A DNA stretch of 64,000 nucleotides from Candidatus Berkelbacteria bacterium Licking1014_7 (GCA_007376535.1 VMGK01000005.1:2085-66084); one strand, 5' to 3'. Numbered from the stretch's first letter, positions 18,723 to 28,030 are shown. Made by a program: numbers and translations. The notes: generated from the letters alone by a model not told the origin.

Positions 18723-18795
18723 TCGGGGTAGCCGGACTCGAACCGACGATCTTCGGACCCCCAGCCCGACGCTTTACCAACTAAGCTATACCCCG
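18723..18795 (-). tRNA. tRNA-Pro: tRNA-Pro (anticodon GGG)
   Basis: Cloverleaf read by hand: acceptor CGGGGTA/TACCCCG, D-loop AGTTGGTAA, anticodon loop CTGGGGG, T-loop GGTTCGAGTCC. No encoded CCA. Confidence 0.8.
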
Positions 18796-18912
18796 TTTGC
18801 ATCTCAAAAAACTCAAATTTCTTGCTTAATTTCATTATAACCTAAAATTTTGCGAAATCAAAAACCCGACCCTTCGACAAGCTCAGGGTCGGGAGTGATG
18901 AAAGATGAAATG

Positions 18913-20022
18913 TTATTGATGCAAGCCGTTACTGAGTTGTTGTCTAATGCGTAAAACCTCAGCGGCATCAATTGCGTCTTGGGTTGCTTCGGTTTCTATT
19001 CTGGCTAATTCAGTATCTACTAATGCGGTAGTGTCTGTGTTTCCCAGAGTAGATAATTCTTTAAGTAATTGTTTCGCCTCAGCGATTCTTGTATGAATTA
19101 CTTGTTTTGCATCTTCGGTTTGAGATAAACGCAATTCATGTTCTAATCTTACAATTTGACTTGTGATTTGTCTTTGCAATTTGCCAAATTGTTTTGTCAA
19201 ATCATCGTTGCCCAATTGTCTGCGCCATTTTCTGCTTTTTAATCTTCTGGTAATTCTGTAGTAAAGAAAGCCCAAGTCAAATGATTTGGTTGCGTCGAAA
19301 GACCGCTTGATGAGCGCGCTAACTAGTCGGAATGTTCTAAACAAGATATAAACAATGCCGTCATAAAGAGCGACGATTAATATTCCGGGAAGTGAAAAAA
19401 TCATTACGATAGTAGAACTGATTACAGATAATCCGTTCCAAAATTCGCGTAATCCGCATCCCACACGTAGATATAAACCCAAAATCAATCCGCCCAATGC
19501 CCAAATAGTCAAGGGAAGCGATTTCCAGTGGCTATGTTTAAGATATGTTGGCGGTTTTAGCTTTTGAACCTTTTTGATCATATCTTGGGCATTAGTTTTG
19601 CCCAGCGCTACTTTTTCAAATTCAGGCGATTGAAGGTAATCGGGATTAACATTTGCCAACACAAATTGTAGTGCAGCCAATTGTTTTTTGGGGTCTTTTT
19701 CATCCAAAAGGGCTTTGGTTTGCCTGCCTCGCTCAAAGGCAATAATCGTGTCCTTTGGAGAATTTTTGGGGATCTGAATACCAACGTATCCTTGCCAAAA
19801 AGCGTTATTGTCAACAGCGGTTTGATAGGTTTCATATTTTCGCGTGAATTCTTGTCTTGTGTCATAATTGTCTATGCCTTTCGAAGACGAACAAAGCAAC
19901 GGCAGCACAATTATACAAACAATTATTAGAACTGAAAATTGTCCAAAAAATTCTGTATATATGGCTTCAGAAAATTTTAGATAATTTTTTTCTTTTGTTC
20001 TTCCTTTTGTTCTCATTGTCAA
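18913..20022 (-). CDS. Hypothetical membrane protein (N-terminal TM, two central TMs, C-terminal coiled coil)
   Basis: Hydrophobic segments plus a heptad-rich C-terminus. No family recognised. Confidence 0.4.
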   Translation of the reverse strand: MTMRTKGRTKEKNYLKFSEAIYTEFFGQFSVLIIVCIIVLPLLCSSSKGIDNYDTRQEFTRKYETYQTAVDNNAFWQGYVGIQIPKNSPKDTIIAFERGRQTKALLDEKDPKKQLAALQFVLANVNPDYLQSPEFEKVALGKTNAQDMIKKVQKLKPPTYLKHSHWKSLPLTIWALGGLILGLYLRVGCGLREFWNGLSVISSTIVMIFSLPGILIVALYDGIVYILFRTFRLVSALIKRSFDATKSFDLGFLYYRITRRLKSRKWRRQLGNDDLTKQFGKLQRQITSQIVRLEHELRLSQTEDAKQVIHTRIAEAKQLLKELSTLGNTDTTALVDTELARIETEATQDAIDAAEVLRIRQQLSNGLHQ

Positions 20023-20119
20023 AGTGCCTCCTCTGTTTTTTTTGGATTAGACATATAAAATATACTATAAAACAAGACAGATGTCAACTCTTCGCACCTT
20101 TTTCATAATGTTTTCGGTA

Positions 20120-20752
20120 TTAGAATCCAATCTGTCCGTTGGTAATGAGTCCAAATAAAAAATTACTGGGAGTATAAATGATTGTTTCAAAAATCGGCAA
20201 GCCAAAATATGTAAGAAAGAGTAAAGCGATTAAAATCCAGAGTCCGTTTTGTGAAAAACGCCAATACATTTCTTCCGAAATAAACAAACGCAAAATTTTT
20301 GAACCGTCTAATGGCGGAATAGGCAAAAGGTTAAAAATCATTAAAATTAGATTGATAAAGGTTAAGAGAGAAAACAGGACTTGTAAATTGTCTGAAATGA
20401 TGTTGCCCGCAAATCGCAGTGTTAAGCCGAAAATTATTGCCAGTGCGAAATTTGTCAAAGGTCCGGCCAGACTAGATAGAAATTCATCGCGATGGGGGTG
20501 TTTGAAATTATGCGGATTAATCGGCACTGGCTTGCCCCAGCCAAAACCGAAAAAAAGCAAAAACAGGGTGCCGATTAGATCTAAATGCGCCAGCGGATTG
20601 AGTGTGGTTCTGCCAAATTTTTGCGCGGTGTCGTCGCCTAATTTGAGCGCGCTAAAAGCGTGCGCCGCTTCATGAAAAGAAATGGCGACTATCAGCGCGA
20701 TTAAAAAACTCAAAAAAAGTATGGGGTTGGTAAAGAGTGTTTGAAAAAGCAT
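20120..20752 (-). CDS. Site-2 protease family zinc metalloprotease (peptidase M50)
   Basis: HEAAHAF (HExxH) in a TM helix and a downstream LDG motif (PPLDGSKIL). Confidence 0.8.
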   Translation of the reverse strand: MLFQTLFTNPILFLSFLIALIVAISFHEAAHAFSALKLGDDTAQKFGRTTLNPLAHLDLIGTLFLLFFGFGWGKPVPINPHNFKHPHRDEFLSSLAGPLTNFALAIIFGLTLRFAGNIISDNLQVLFSLLTFINLILMIFNLLPIPPLDGSKILRLFISEEMYWRFSQNGLWILIALLFLTYFGLPIFETIIYTPSNFLFGLITNGQIGF

Positions 20753-20848
20753 AATTAGAAATTGAAAATTGAGAAAATTGACTTTTTAGTGTCAAATATG
20801 TTATGATATTATCATAATCAAGATAGAATAACAATAAATTTTTCAATT

Positions 20849-21067
20849 ATGATTCGTTTAAGAATTCCAAAACAAGTTTGCGCAATTTGCAATAAGGGTT
20901 CGGTTATCGGTTATAATCGCCCGAAATCTTTGCATCGGACTAAAAAAGTTGTCAATCCAAATTTGCAAAAAATGAAATTTGACGGCAAAATCCAAAGTTT
21001 GGTTTGCACCGGTTGTATGAGAACGATGAAGAAGAAATCAGACCCACTGCGAAATAATTTTTTGTAG
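20849..21067 (+). CDS. rpmB: 50S ribosomal protein L28
   Basis: CAICNKG...GYNRPKSLHRTKKVVNPNLQK matches the L28 family. Confidence 0.75.
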   Translation: MIRLRIPKQVCAICNKGSVIGYNRPKSLHRTKKVVNPNLQKMKFDGKIQSLVCTGCMRTMKKKSDPLRNNFL

Positions 21068-21279
21068 CGTCCCGACAAAATGTCGGGATGAGCGAAAACA
21101 ATGAGGGGCGACGAAGCGTTGTGGGTCTGTCAACAAATATGCTTTTGTAACGAAAATTGACAAATTTGTAACGAAAATTCTTAAAAGCGACGATGTTTAT
21201 CAGTTTATGATAAGCAGAGGAGCTTTTGAGGATTTGCAGTCAAAGTTGTCAATTTGCAGTCAAAATGATATTTGTTGGC

Positions 21280-21374
21280 AGACCCATTAATGGAATATAG
21301 CGTAAGGAGCCCTGAATTGTTTGCAGCCAAAATTACTATGTTGTAGTAGAAAAGGTTATTTTGCAGTGGGTCTA
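21280..21374 (-). mobile_element. Short (about 95 bp) inverted copy of the MITE
   Basis: GACCCATTAATGG ... TTGCAGCCAAAATTACTATGTTGTAGTAG ... TTGCAGTGGGTC. Its internal core is the reverse complement of the 21725 copy. Confidence 0.45.
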
Positions 21375-21659
21375 GTATAGTTTCTCCCTAAATTTTTTCT
21401 CAAAACATTCTGCGCATAGGACTGAGGCAGGGTCGCGCGGAGCAAATGGCACTTTATCTACTGATTCGCATTGAGAGCATTTGATTTGCGCTTCCAGTTC
21501 GCCTTTTTCCATTTTATCGCGAAATGATTTTCTGCACTCTGGACAACGAGATGGCGGATTTTTTAGACCTTTTTTATCAAAAAACTTTTGCTCGCCGATG
21601 GACCAGACGAAATCTTTGGCGCAATCGCGACAACTGATTTTTTTATCTTTATATTCCAT
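21372..21659 (-). CDS. Small zinc-ribbon protein (four CxxC pairs)
   Basis: CRDC...CPEC...CSQC...CAEC. Confidence 0.5.
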   Translation of the reverse strand: MEYKDKKISCRDCAKDFVWSIGEQKFFDKKGLKNPPSRCPECRKSFRDKMEKGELEAQIKCSQCESVDKVPFAPRDPASVLCAECFEKKFREKLY

Positions 21660-21724
21660 AAATTAAATTCTATCAGATAAATAAAAATTGTCAAAAATTG
21701 TTGGTTCTGCTATGATGGTTATAA

Positions 21725-21877
21725 GAACCCATGGCAAATCTCTCCAATCTACTACAATATGCCACATTTGGCTACAAAATGCTCATCGTTCGTCATCGTC
21801 CGCCTTGGCGGATGCTTCCTCACGTTTCGTATTTTTCGCTCAAATGTGATCATATTTCGCTACGATTGAGAGTTTTG
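21725..21877 (+). mobile_element. Complete MITE (153 bp) with 14-bp terminal inverted repeats GAACCCATgGCAAA / TTTGCAATGGGTTC
   Basis: Terminal inverted repeats with a single mismatch. Internal CCGCCTTGGCGG hairpin. Homologous copies at 3317, 24893, 29093, 29291 and others. Confidence 0.7.
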
Positions 21878-21904
21878 CAATGGGTTCTATGGGAGAATTC
21901 AAAT

Positions 21905-22627
21905 ATGCTTAATTTTCTGAGAGAAGAAATATACTCGTATCTGTTGATTGGCGATGAGAAAAATATTTTTGAAAATCTGATTCAGGCGCTCAGGCAAAAA
22001 GGAGTGAAGCAATACCAGATTCTGGATATATTGGATAGAGAGAAATCAATCATAACCATTGGTTGCGTCAGAAAGTTGAGAAAACAAATCAGCCAAAAGC
22101 CGTTTGACCAAAAAGATGTCTGGTATTTACTAATGAGGGCAAGTTGGCTTAAACATCCGGGCGGAATCGCAACACAAAACAGTTTGTTAAAAATTATTGA
22201 AGAGCCGCCCAAGTTTTTAAAAATTTTAATTGTTTGTCAGGATCCGAGGTTGATTTTGCCAACGATTGTGTCTCGTTGCGCGCGCGTTAGAATTGCCAAT
22301 GTCGGCCAGACCGCTATTTCCGTTGGCGAAAAAAATATTGATTTAAGGGATTTGGCAAACAAAAAATATTTTGAGATTTTTCAGTTTTCTCAAAAATTTG
22401 CCACAGATGAAAATTTGGCGGAAAAAATTGATAATTGGATAAAAGAATTTGGTAAGGGGTTGACAAAAGAAAGCGGGCGGGTTATGACAAAGAAAAGGCA
22501 AAGAATTCTAAAAGCGCTTTTGAAGGCAAAGGAGCATTTAGTAGAAACGAATGTAAACCGCAGATTGCTTTTGGATAATTTATTTTTAAAGATTAAAGAA
22601 TCTGACAGATTAAGATCCGTACAATAA
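21905..22627 (+). CDS. holB: DNA polymerase III delta' subunit-like (clamp-loader AAA+ with degenerate P-loop)
   Basis: LLKIIEEPP and TIVSRC sensor motifs. Start moved to MLNFL, downstream of the MITE. Confidence 0.6.
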   Translation: MLNFLREEIYSYLLIGDEKNIFENLIQALRQKGVKQYQILDILDREKSIITIGCVRKLRKQISQKPFDQKDVWYLLMRASWLKHPGGIATQNSLLKIIEEPPKFLKILIVCQDPRLILPTIVSRCARVRIANVGQTAISVGEKNIDLRDLANKKYFEIFQFSQKFATDENLAEKIDNWIKEFGKGLTKESGRVMTKKRQRILKALLKAKEHLVETNVNRRLLLDNLFLKIKESDRLRSVQ

Positions 22628-22630
22628 AAA

Positions 22631-23245
22631 ATGACATTTGAAATTATTATCATCTTGGCGGTAGCAATTATTTTTGTTATTTTGGTGCGTAAAATGCCTG
22701 ATGAGAGCGCGCAAAATTTAATAAAATCAGTTAAACCAAAATGGGGTTTTAGTTTGCCGAGCATAAAATTTGATTTGCCGAAAATGCCCAGATTTTCCAG
22801 TTTATCCCGCTTAGCGGGGTTAATAAAAAAAGAGCGCTCTAAGCAAAATTTTGATCCGTTTGAAGAAGAAAAGGAAAATTTGCCAGACGAGCAGAAAAAG
22901 GAATTTGACATTGAGAAATTAAAACAGGCAGATGATTGGTTGGCAGAAGGGAAAATGGACGAGGCGGAAAAAATGTATGTGCAACTTGGCGCTGAATTTC
23001 CCGGAGAACTGAGGATTTTCAATCGTTTGGGCGTGGTATATTTGAAACAGAAAAATTTTGCCGACGCGCGCGACAGTTTTTTGCAGGCGTTGAAAATTGA
23101 TGACACTCAGGCCAGCCGGCATTATAATTTGGCAATGGCATATTTGGGAATGGGGACGCGGGAAAAAGCCAGAGTATGTTTTAAGAAAGCGATTGAGATA
23201 GATCCCGGGCGAGAAAAATATCAAAAAGCGCTGGAAAAAATATAA
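22631..23245 (+). CDS. TPR-repeat protein with N-terminal TM anchor
   Basis: N-terminal hydrophobic helix and three TPR-like repeats (A..Y..G.....A...F..A). Confidence 0.6.
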   Translation: MTFEIIIILAVAIIFVILVRKMPDESAQNLIKSVKPKWGFSLPSIKFDLPKMPRFSSLSRLAGLIKKERSKQNFDPFEEEKENLPDEQKKEFDIEKLKQADDWLAEGKMDEAEKMYVQLGAEFPGELRIFNRLGVVYLKQKNFADARDSFLQALKIDDTQASRHYNLAMAYLGMGTREKARVCFKKAIEIDPGREKYQKALEKI

Positions 23246-23409
23246 GAGCCTGTCTGATAACTACTCTTGAAGCGAGAACGAGATTATTTTAGGCGAAAAA
23301 TGTGAATTGCGAGGAAAGATAGCCAAAGCTACCTTGACGAGTAATTCGCATTTTGCAGCCAAAATAAGTTATTCGCAGCTATCAGATGTAGTTATTAGAC
23401 AGGCTCTGA
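23246..23409 (-). mobile_element. MITE-family variant with 19-bp terminal inverted repeats AGAGCCTGTCTGATAACTAC / GTAGTTATTAGACAGGCTCT
   Basis: The inverted repeats flank 164 bp whose core (TTTTGCAGCCAAAAT...) matches the MITE in inverse orientation. Confidence 0.5.
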
Positions 23410-23540
23410 GGGGAATAGTTCTAAGTATCGGTTTGTTATGGGTTTGGGTGGTGATTTTGTTTTGACAGAGGAAATTTTTTAGAGTAAAATACAATTAACG
23501 CCTCCTTGCGATAGTTTTGCCTGCCCGCCAGTCGCCGAGC

Positions 23541-23616
23541 GCCGAAGTAGCTCAGTGGTTAGAGCAACTGTTTTGTAAACAGTAGGTCGTGGGTTCGAAT
23601 CCCACTTTCGGCTCCA
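23541..23616 (+). tRNA. tRNA-Thr: tRNA-Thr (anticodon TGT), CCA encoded
   Basis: GCCGAAG acceptor, anticodon loop TTTGTAA, T-loop GGTTCGAATCC, 3' CCA. Confidence 0.85.
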
Positions 23617-23843
23617 GGCAATCGGCAGGCGGGTAAACTGCCAAGGTTCCGGTTCAAGCCCGGTGGTGGGCTTAGGCGATAGCAGGCGGGTAAACTATTG
23701 GCGTCAGTTAGATTCTGACAGGGGGCTTACTCTGGCGGATTGGGGTAAACAGCCGCAGGTTTCCCGCCTGATTTTGGCAAGAAACCGATGATAAAATAAT
23801 TTTTTCATTTTTCATTTTGATTTTTAATTTGTATATAGTATAT

Positions 23844-23930
23844 GCTAGGGTTCCAGAGTGGTCAAATGGACCTGACTGTAAATCAGGTGGCTTTGTGCCT
23901 TCGGGGGTTCGAATCCCTCCCCTAGCACCA
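23844..23930 (+). tRNA. tRNA-Tyr: tRNA-Tyr (anticodon GTA), long variable arm, CCA encoded
   Basis: Acceptor GCTAGGG/CCCTAGC, anticodon loop CTGTAAA, type II variable arm, GGTTCGAATCC. Confidence 0.85.
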
Positions 23931-24012
23931 ATCGCTTCGCAGTGGAAATCCGAAATTTGAAATTTGAAGTTTAGTATATGCTATATTCGAACCGTATTAT
24001 TTTTTTTGCAAT

Positions 24013-24084
<72 letters not shown>

Positions 24085-24215
24085 AAGTAAAAATTAATTT
24101 TTCGAAATTCAAGTATTGTAATTTGAGATTTACCTATTCCGTTTTCGTAAAATGCGAAATTTCGGGATTTCTGATTTCGTGCTTTGGATTTCGAATTTAC
24201 TCCGTAGGAGTTGTT

Positions 24216-24401
24216 GTGCCAAAAAATAAAAAAAGACCATCAATTTATTTGAAATGCGAAAAGTGCAAAAGTTTGAATTATTTGTCAGTTCGCAGTGTCA
24301 TTAATACTCCGGAAAAATTGGAATTGAAAAAATTCTGCAAAAAATGCCGGGCGCACACTTTGCATAAAGAAGCGAAAATTTCCAAGCCCCGTAAGAAATA
24401 A
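24216..24401 (+). CDS. rpmG: 50S ribosomal protein L33
   Basis: CEKC...TPEKLELKKFCKKC...HKEAKI matches L33. GTG start 5 nt after TAGGAG. Confidence 0.8.
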   Translation: MPKNKKRPSIYLKCEKCKSLNYLSVRSVINTPEKLELKKFCKKCRAHTLHKEAKISKPRKK

Positions 24402-24553
24402 ACCGAAAAGATTGAGTTAAGCAAGATGTATATTGCAATCGCGAGAATATAACCAATCAAGCCAAGAGAACAAATTTCTAACGGGGCAAGGCGAAGAAGT
24501 AAGAATCACCAATATTGTTTGTATCTTGTAATTTGGAATTTATGAAAAACTAC

Positions 24554-24627
24554 GGGGGCGTGGGTTAGTGGTAAACTATCGGTCTCCAAAACCGATGCCG
24601 GAGGTTCGATTCCTCCCGCCCCTGCCA
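24554..24627 (+). tRNA. tRNA-Trp: tRNA-Trp (anticodon CCA), CCA encoded
   Basis: Acceptor GGGGGCG/CGCCCCT (G-U closing pair), anticodon loop CTCCAAA, GGTTCGATTCC. Confidence 0.8.
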
Positions 24628-24892
24628 GTTGGTAAAAGAAGAGTTTGGCTCGGTCGCCACAGGCGACCTCGCCAGCCGATTTTTGGTTCAAAATCAAATT
24701 TTTTGCCTTTGTCCCCCACTAAATTTTAGTGGGGGACGCCAGAAGCGGGTTTTTCCTTAAAGTCCGCACAAAGCTTGGCTTGACCCGAGACGATTTAGTG
24801 AGAAAGTCAGCCGTCCAACACACAACCCTTACAAAAATTGAGAGTAATGTGATGAGAGTAATGTGATTAAAAAACCGTCGGTTATTACTCTG

Positions 24893-24988
24893 AACCCATT
24901 GCAAATCTCTCCAATCTACTACAATATGCCACATTTGGCTACAAAATACTCATCGTTCGTCATCGTCCGCCTTGGCGGATGCTTCCTC
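24893..24988 (+). mobile_element. MITE copy (5' half) between tRNA-Trp and the methyltransferase gene
   Basis: About 97% identical to 3317-3413. Confidence 0.6.
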
Positions 24989-25006
24989 AGACTTGATTAA
25001 ATAAAT

Positions 25007-26011
25007 ATGGAAACAAAATCAAAAAATCGAGCATCAAGAAATAGAACCATAACTTTAGATAATGGCGAGATTTCTCGCTTGAGAAAGAAACTTGTCAAAA
25101 TAGATAAGCCGGTTTCTATTTCGGATATTGAGAATAAAACTATCAATCAAGATATTTTTCAGATTTTGGATTTTTTGCCAGATAATTTTGTTAATTTAGT
25201 TTTTGTAGACCCACCTTATAACTTAAACAAAACTTTTAACTTAACTGCTTTTAAGGCAATGGAGTCCGAAAAGTATGAGGAGTGGTTAGATTCGTGGGTT
25301 CAAAAAATAATCCGTTTATTAAAACCAAATGCATCGGTTTATATTTGTGGTGATTGGAAATCATCGGGAGCAATTTTTAATGTGGTAAAAAAATATTTTC
25401 AAATTCAAAATAGAATAACTTTTGAAAGAGAAAAAGGGCGGGGCGCAAAATCAAATTGGAAAAATTGCTCGGAAGATATTTGGTTTTGTACATTTTCAGA
25501 CAAGTATAACTTTGATGTTGATGCGGTAAAAATGACAAGGAAAGTTATTGCTCCATACAAAGACGAAAACGGAAATCCGAAAGATTGGGAAATAACGGAA
25601 AATGGAAATTATCGCATAACCCATCCCTCTAATATTTGGACCGACATTACAATTCCCTTTTGGTCTATGCCAGAAAATACTGACCACCCGACACAAAAAC
25701 CAGAAAAATTGGTTGCCAAAGTTATTTTGGCCAGTTCAAAACCAAATGATATTGTTTTTGATCCGTTTCTTGGTTCAGGCACAACATCTGTTGTGGCAAA
25801 AAAACTTGGTCGTAAATATGTTGGTATTGATATAGATGAATTATATTGTTGTTTGGCAGAAAAACGGCTTGAGATGGTTGATAATGACAAGACAATTCAG
25901 GGATATTCTGACGGAGTTTTTTGGGAAAGGAATACATTAAACGAACAAAATAATGGTAAAAATAAAAAGTCGGAAAATAATCATAATTTACTTTTTGATA
26001 AACTATTATAA
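25007..26011 (+). CDS. β-class N4C/N6A DNA methyltransferase (full length)
   Basis: VFVDPPYNL (motif IV) then HPTQKP...DPFLGSGTT (motif I). Confidence 0.85.
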   Translation: METKSKNRASRNRTITLDNGEISRLRKKLVKIDKPVSISDIENKTINQDIFQILDFLPDNFVNLVFVDPPYNLNKTFNLTAFKAMESEKYEEWLDSWVQKIIRLLKPNASVYICGDWKSSGAIFNVVKKYFQIQNRITFEREKGRGAKSNWKNCSEDIWFCTFSDKYNFDVDAVKMTRKVIAPYKDENGNPKDWEITENGNYRITHPSNIWTDITIPFWSMPENTDHPTQKPEKLVAKVILASSKPNDIVFDPFLGSGTTSVVAKKLGRKYVGIDIDELYCCLAEKRLEMVDNDKTIQGYSDGVFWERNTLNEQNNGKNKKSENNHNLLFDKLL

Positions 26012-26013
26012 AT

Positions 26014-26673
26014 ATGAAAAGTCAAATATTTTACGCAGATGAGTATAAAAAATTAGAAAAGAAAATCACCGAGTTTCTTAATTCTCAAACTGATTTTTTA
26101 TCTCCACGCACAATCGACAGCCCTCGAGCTGTCGGCGACGCAATACAGGATTTATTGGCAGATAATTTTGGTAAAATTCTAGGCGATTTAAGCTCAAATT
26201 ATTCTTCGGATTTTGCCAGACGCGCCATGGCGGATTTAGCCTTTAATGACAAAGATGGGTTTTATTATGTTGTTGATGTAAAAACCCATAGATTAGATTC
26301 AAGTTTCAATATGCCAAATCTTACATCAGTTGAAAGATTGGCAAGATTTTATGAAGATGATAAAAATTATTTCATAGTATTAAAAACCGATTATAAAATT
26401 CAAAAAACAAAAATAATTATAGACAAAGTTAATTTCGTTCCGATTGAATTTTTGGGCTGGGATTGTTTGACGCTTGGTGCTCTCGGTTGGGGGCAAATAC
26501 AAATCGCTAATTCAAATAATGTTAGTATAGTTGCTAAAAACAGCAGAAAAAAGTGGATGTTGGAATTATGTGATTCTCTTTTTGAATTTTATCCAAGAGA
26601 GATTGGAAAAATAAACGACAGAATTTTATATTTCAAGCGTGTTAGAAAATACTGGGAAGGTAAAAAGGGATAA
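26014..26673 (+). CDS. Putative type II restriction endonuclease (PD-(D/E)xK)
   Basis: Begins 3 nt after the methyltransferase stop. D...VDVK arrangement (DLAFNDKDGFYYVVDVKTH) fits PD-(D/E)xK. No other homology recognisable. Confidence 0.5.
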   Translation: MKSQIFYADEYKKLEKKITEFLNSQTDFLSPRTIDSPRAVGDAIQDLLADNFGKILGDLSSNYSSDFARRAMADLAFNDKDGFYYVVDVKTHRLDSSFNMPNLTSVERLARFYEDDKNYFIVLKTDYKIQKTKIIIDKVNFVPIEFLGWDCLTLGALGWGQIQIANSNNVSIVAKNSRKKWMLELCDSLFEFYPREIGKINDRILYFKRVRKYWEGKKG

Positions 26674-27127
26674 TGAAGAATTCGCCGCCCCTTCGATCCA
26701 TTCAACGAGTTCAGGGTCGCACTGAGGAAATCGAAGGGCGATAAACTCAGGGCAGTTTTGGGCGAAATCTGTTCGGATTTTGTTCAAACAGACACCGCCA
26801 TATCTTGTTTTCAGGGAGGTGGAGGCAATGCGATTTAGCAGTAGAAGTTCTTTAACAAGAAGGCAAAGACGAAATAGAAAATTGAGCCGAACAAGGACAA
26901 ATAAGAGATTGAGACAAATGAGCAGCGGCGATTATTACATCTTATATTGTGTATTAAAACAAGCCAAGCGGGAAGAAGAACGAAAATGAAATGGCTGGTA
27001 GTAGTGTGCGATCCTAATCTTTATTGTGGTTGCTTCGGAATCAGTATCTCAATGTTTGGCGTCTAAATATGCCCCAAATGTTAAGCCGCCGATCGCATCT
27101 TTGATGTTTTAGGGCAGGTCAATTATA

Positions 27128-27161
27128 GCGGTAAAAAGAAATACTTTTTCCGCTTTTTTTT
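27128..27161 (+). terminator. Hairpin plus T-run (GCGGTAAAAAG-AAATA-CTTTTTCCGC TTTTTTTT)
   Basis: 10-bp stem followed by eight T residues. Confidence 0.4.
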
Positions 27162-27226
27162 ATTTCAACAATTTCAACAATGTTTCGATGTGACGACTAA
27201 TTCCAGAATTTAGTGCAACTTTGGTT

Positions 27227-28030
27227 TTATTTTTTGATAAATTTCTGCGCAAGTTTGGCGATAACGGCGCTGGAATCATTTTTTTCAAAAGCGCGCAGGA
27301 TTTCGATCGGTATAGCAAAAATTACAGTGTTTGATTGATCTGACGAAAGATCGTTTAAGGTATTTAAAGTTCTAAGATGCAGGGCGCCGGTTGATGATGA
27401 CAATGTTTGCGCCGCCTTGGCTAAATTTTTTGAGGCGATCACTTCACCTTCTGCTTTGGTGATAACCGCGCGTTTTTCTCGTTCTGCCTCTGCTTGTTTG
27501 GCAATCACCCGTTGCATTTCTTGCGGAAGGGAAACATCTTTCAGGTCAACATTTTCCACAGTGATGCCCCAAGGATCAGTGAGTTTGTCAACAATGGTCT
27601 TAATCTGATTAGACACATCGTCGCGTTTGGAAAGCAAAGTGTCCAGATCAACTGAGCCAACAATATTTCGCATCGTGGTTTGGGCTATCTGCGAGATAGC
27701 GTAGTAAAAATTTTCCACTTCAAGTACAGCTTTCGACACATCAGCAACTTTGTAGTAAATGACCGCGTTGATTTTGACTGAAATATTATCGCGCGTGATG
27801 GCTTCTTGGTCTGGCACATCCACTGCTTTGACACGAATATCCACTTTGATTAGCGATTCAATGATTGGCAAAATTAGTCGCCAGCCCGGATTAATAATAT
27901 TGACAAATTTTCCCAGCCGAAATTTGACACCGCGTTCAAATTGGTTAATTTGGCGAATACTAACCAGGATTATGATTAAAATTACAATCGCTATAACTGA
28001 AAGGATGAGAGTGTCTAAAAAAAAGTTCAT
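27227..28030 (-). CDS. SPFH/band-7 (stomatin/prohibitin-like) membrane protein
   Basis: N-terminal TM then the characteristic RGVKFRLGKF...DLK..SLP and coiled-coil EAEREKRA region. Confidence 0.8.
   Translation of the reverse strand: MNFFLDTLILSVIAIVILIIILVSIRQINQFERGVKFRLGKFVNIINPGWRLILPIIESLIKVDIRVKAVDVPDQEAITRDNISVKINAVIYYKVADVSKAVLEVENFYYAISQIAQTTMRNIVGSVDLDTLLSKRDDVSNQIKTIVDKLTDPWGITVENVDLKDVSLPQEMQRVIAKQAEAEREKRAVITKAEGEVIASKNLAKAAQTLSSSTGALHLRTLNTLNDLSSDQSNTVIFAIPIEILRAFEKNDSSAVIAKLAQKFIKK

Noticed and set aside
18632-18835. 67-aa minus-strand ORF
   Set aside because: It overlaps tRNA-Pro and its translation reads through the tRNA sequence.
22390-23106. 238-aa minus-strand ORF
   Set aside because: Antisense to holB and the TPR gene; Ser/Phe-rich low-complexity; spurious.
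26780-26989. 69-aa Arg-rich ORF
   Set aside because: No RBS, extremely basic low-complexity translation, located in a hairpin-rich spacer.
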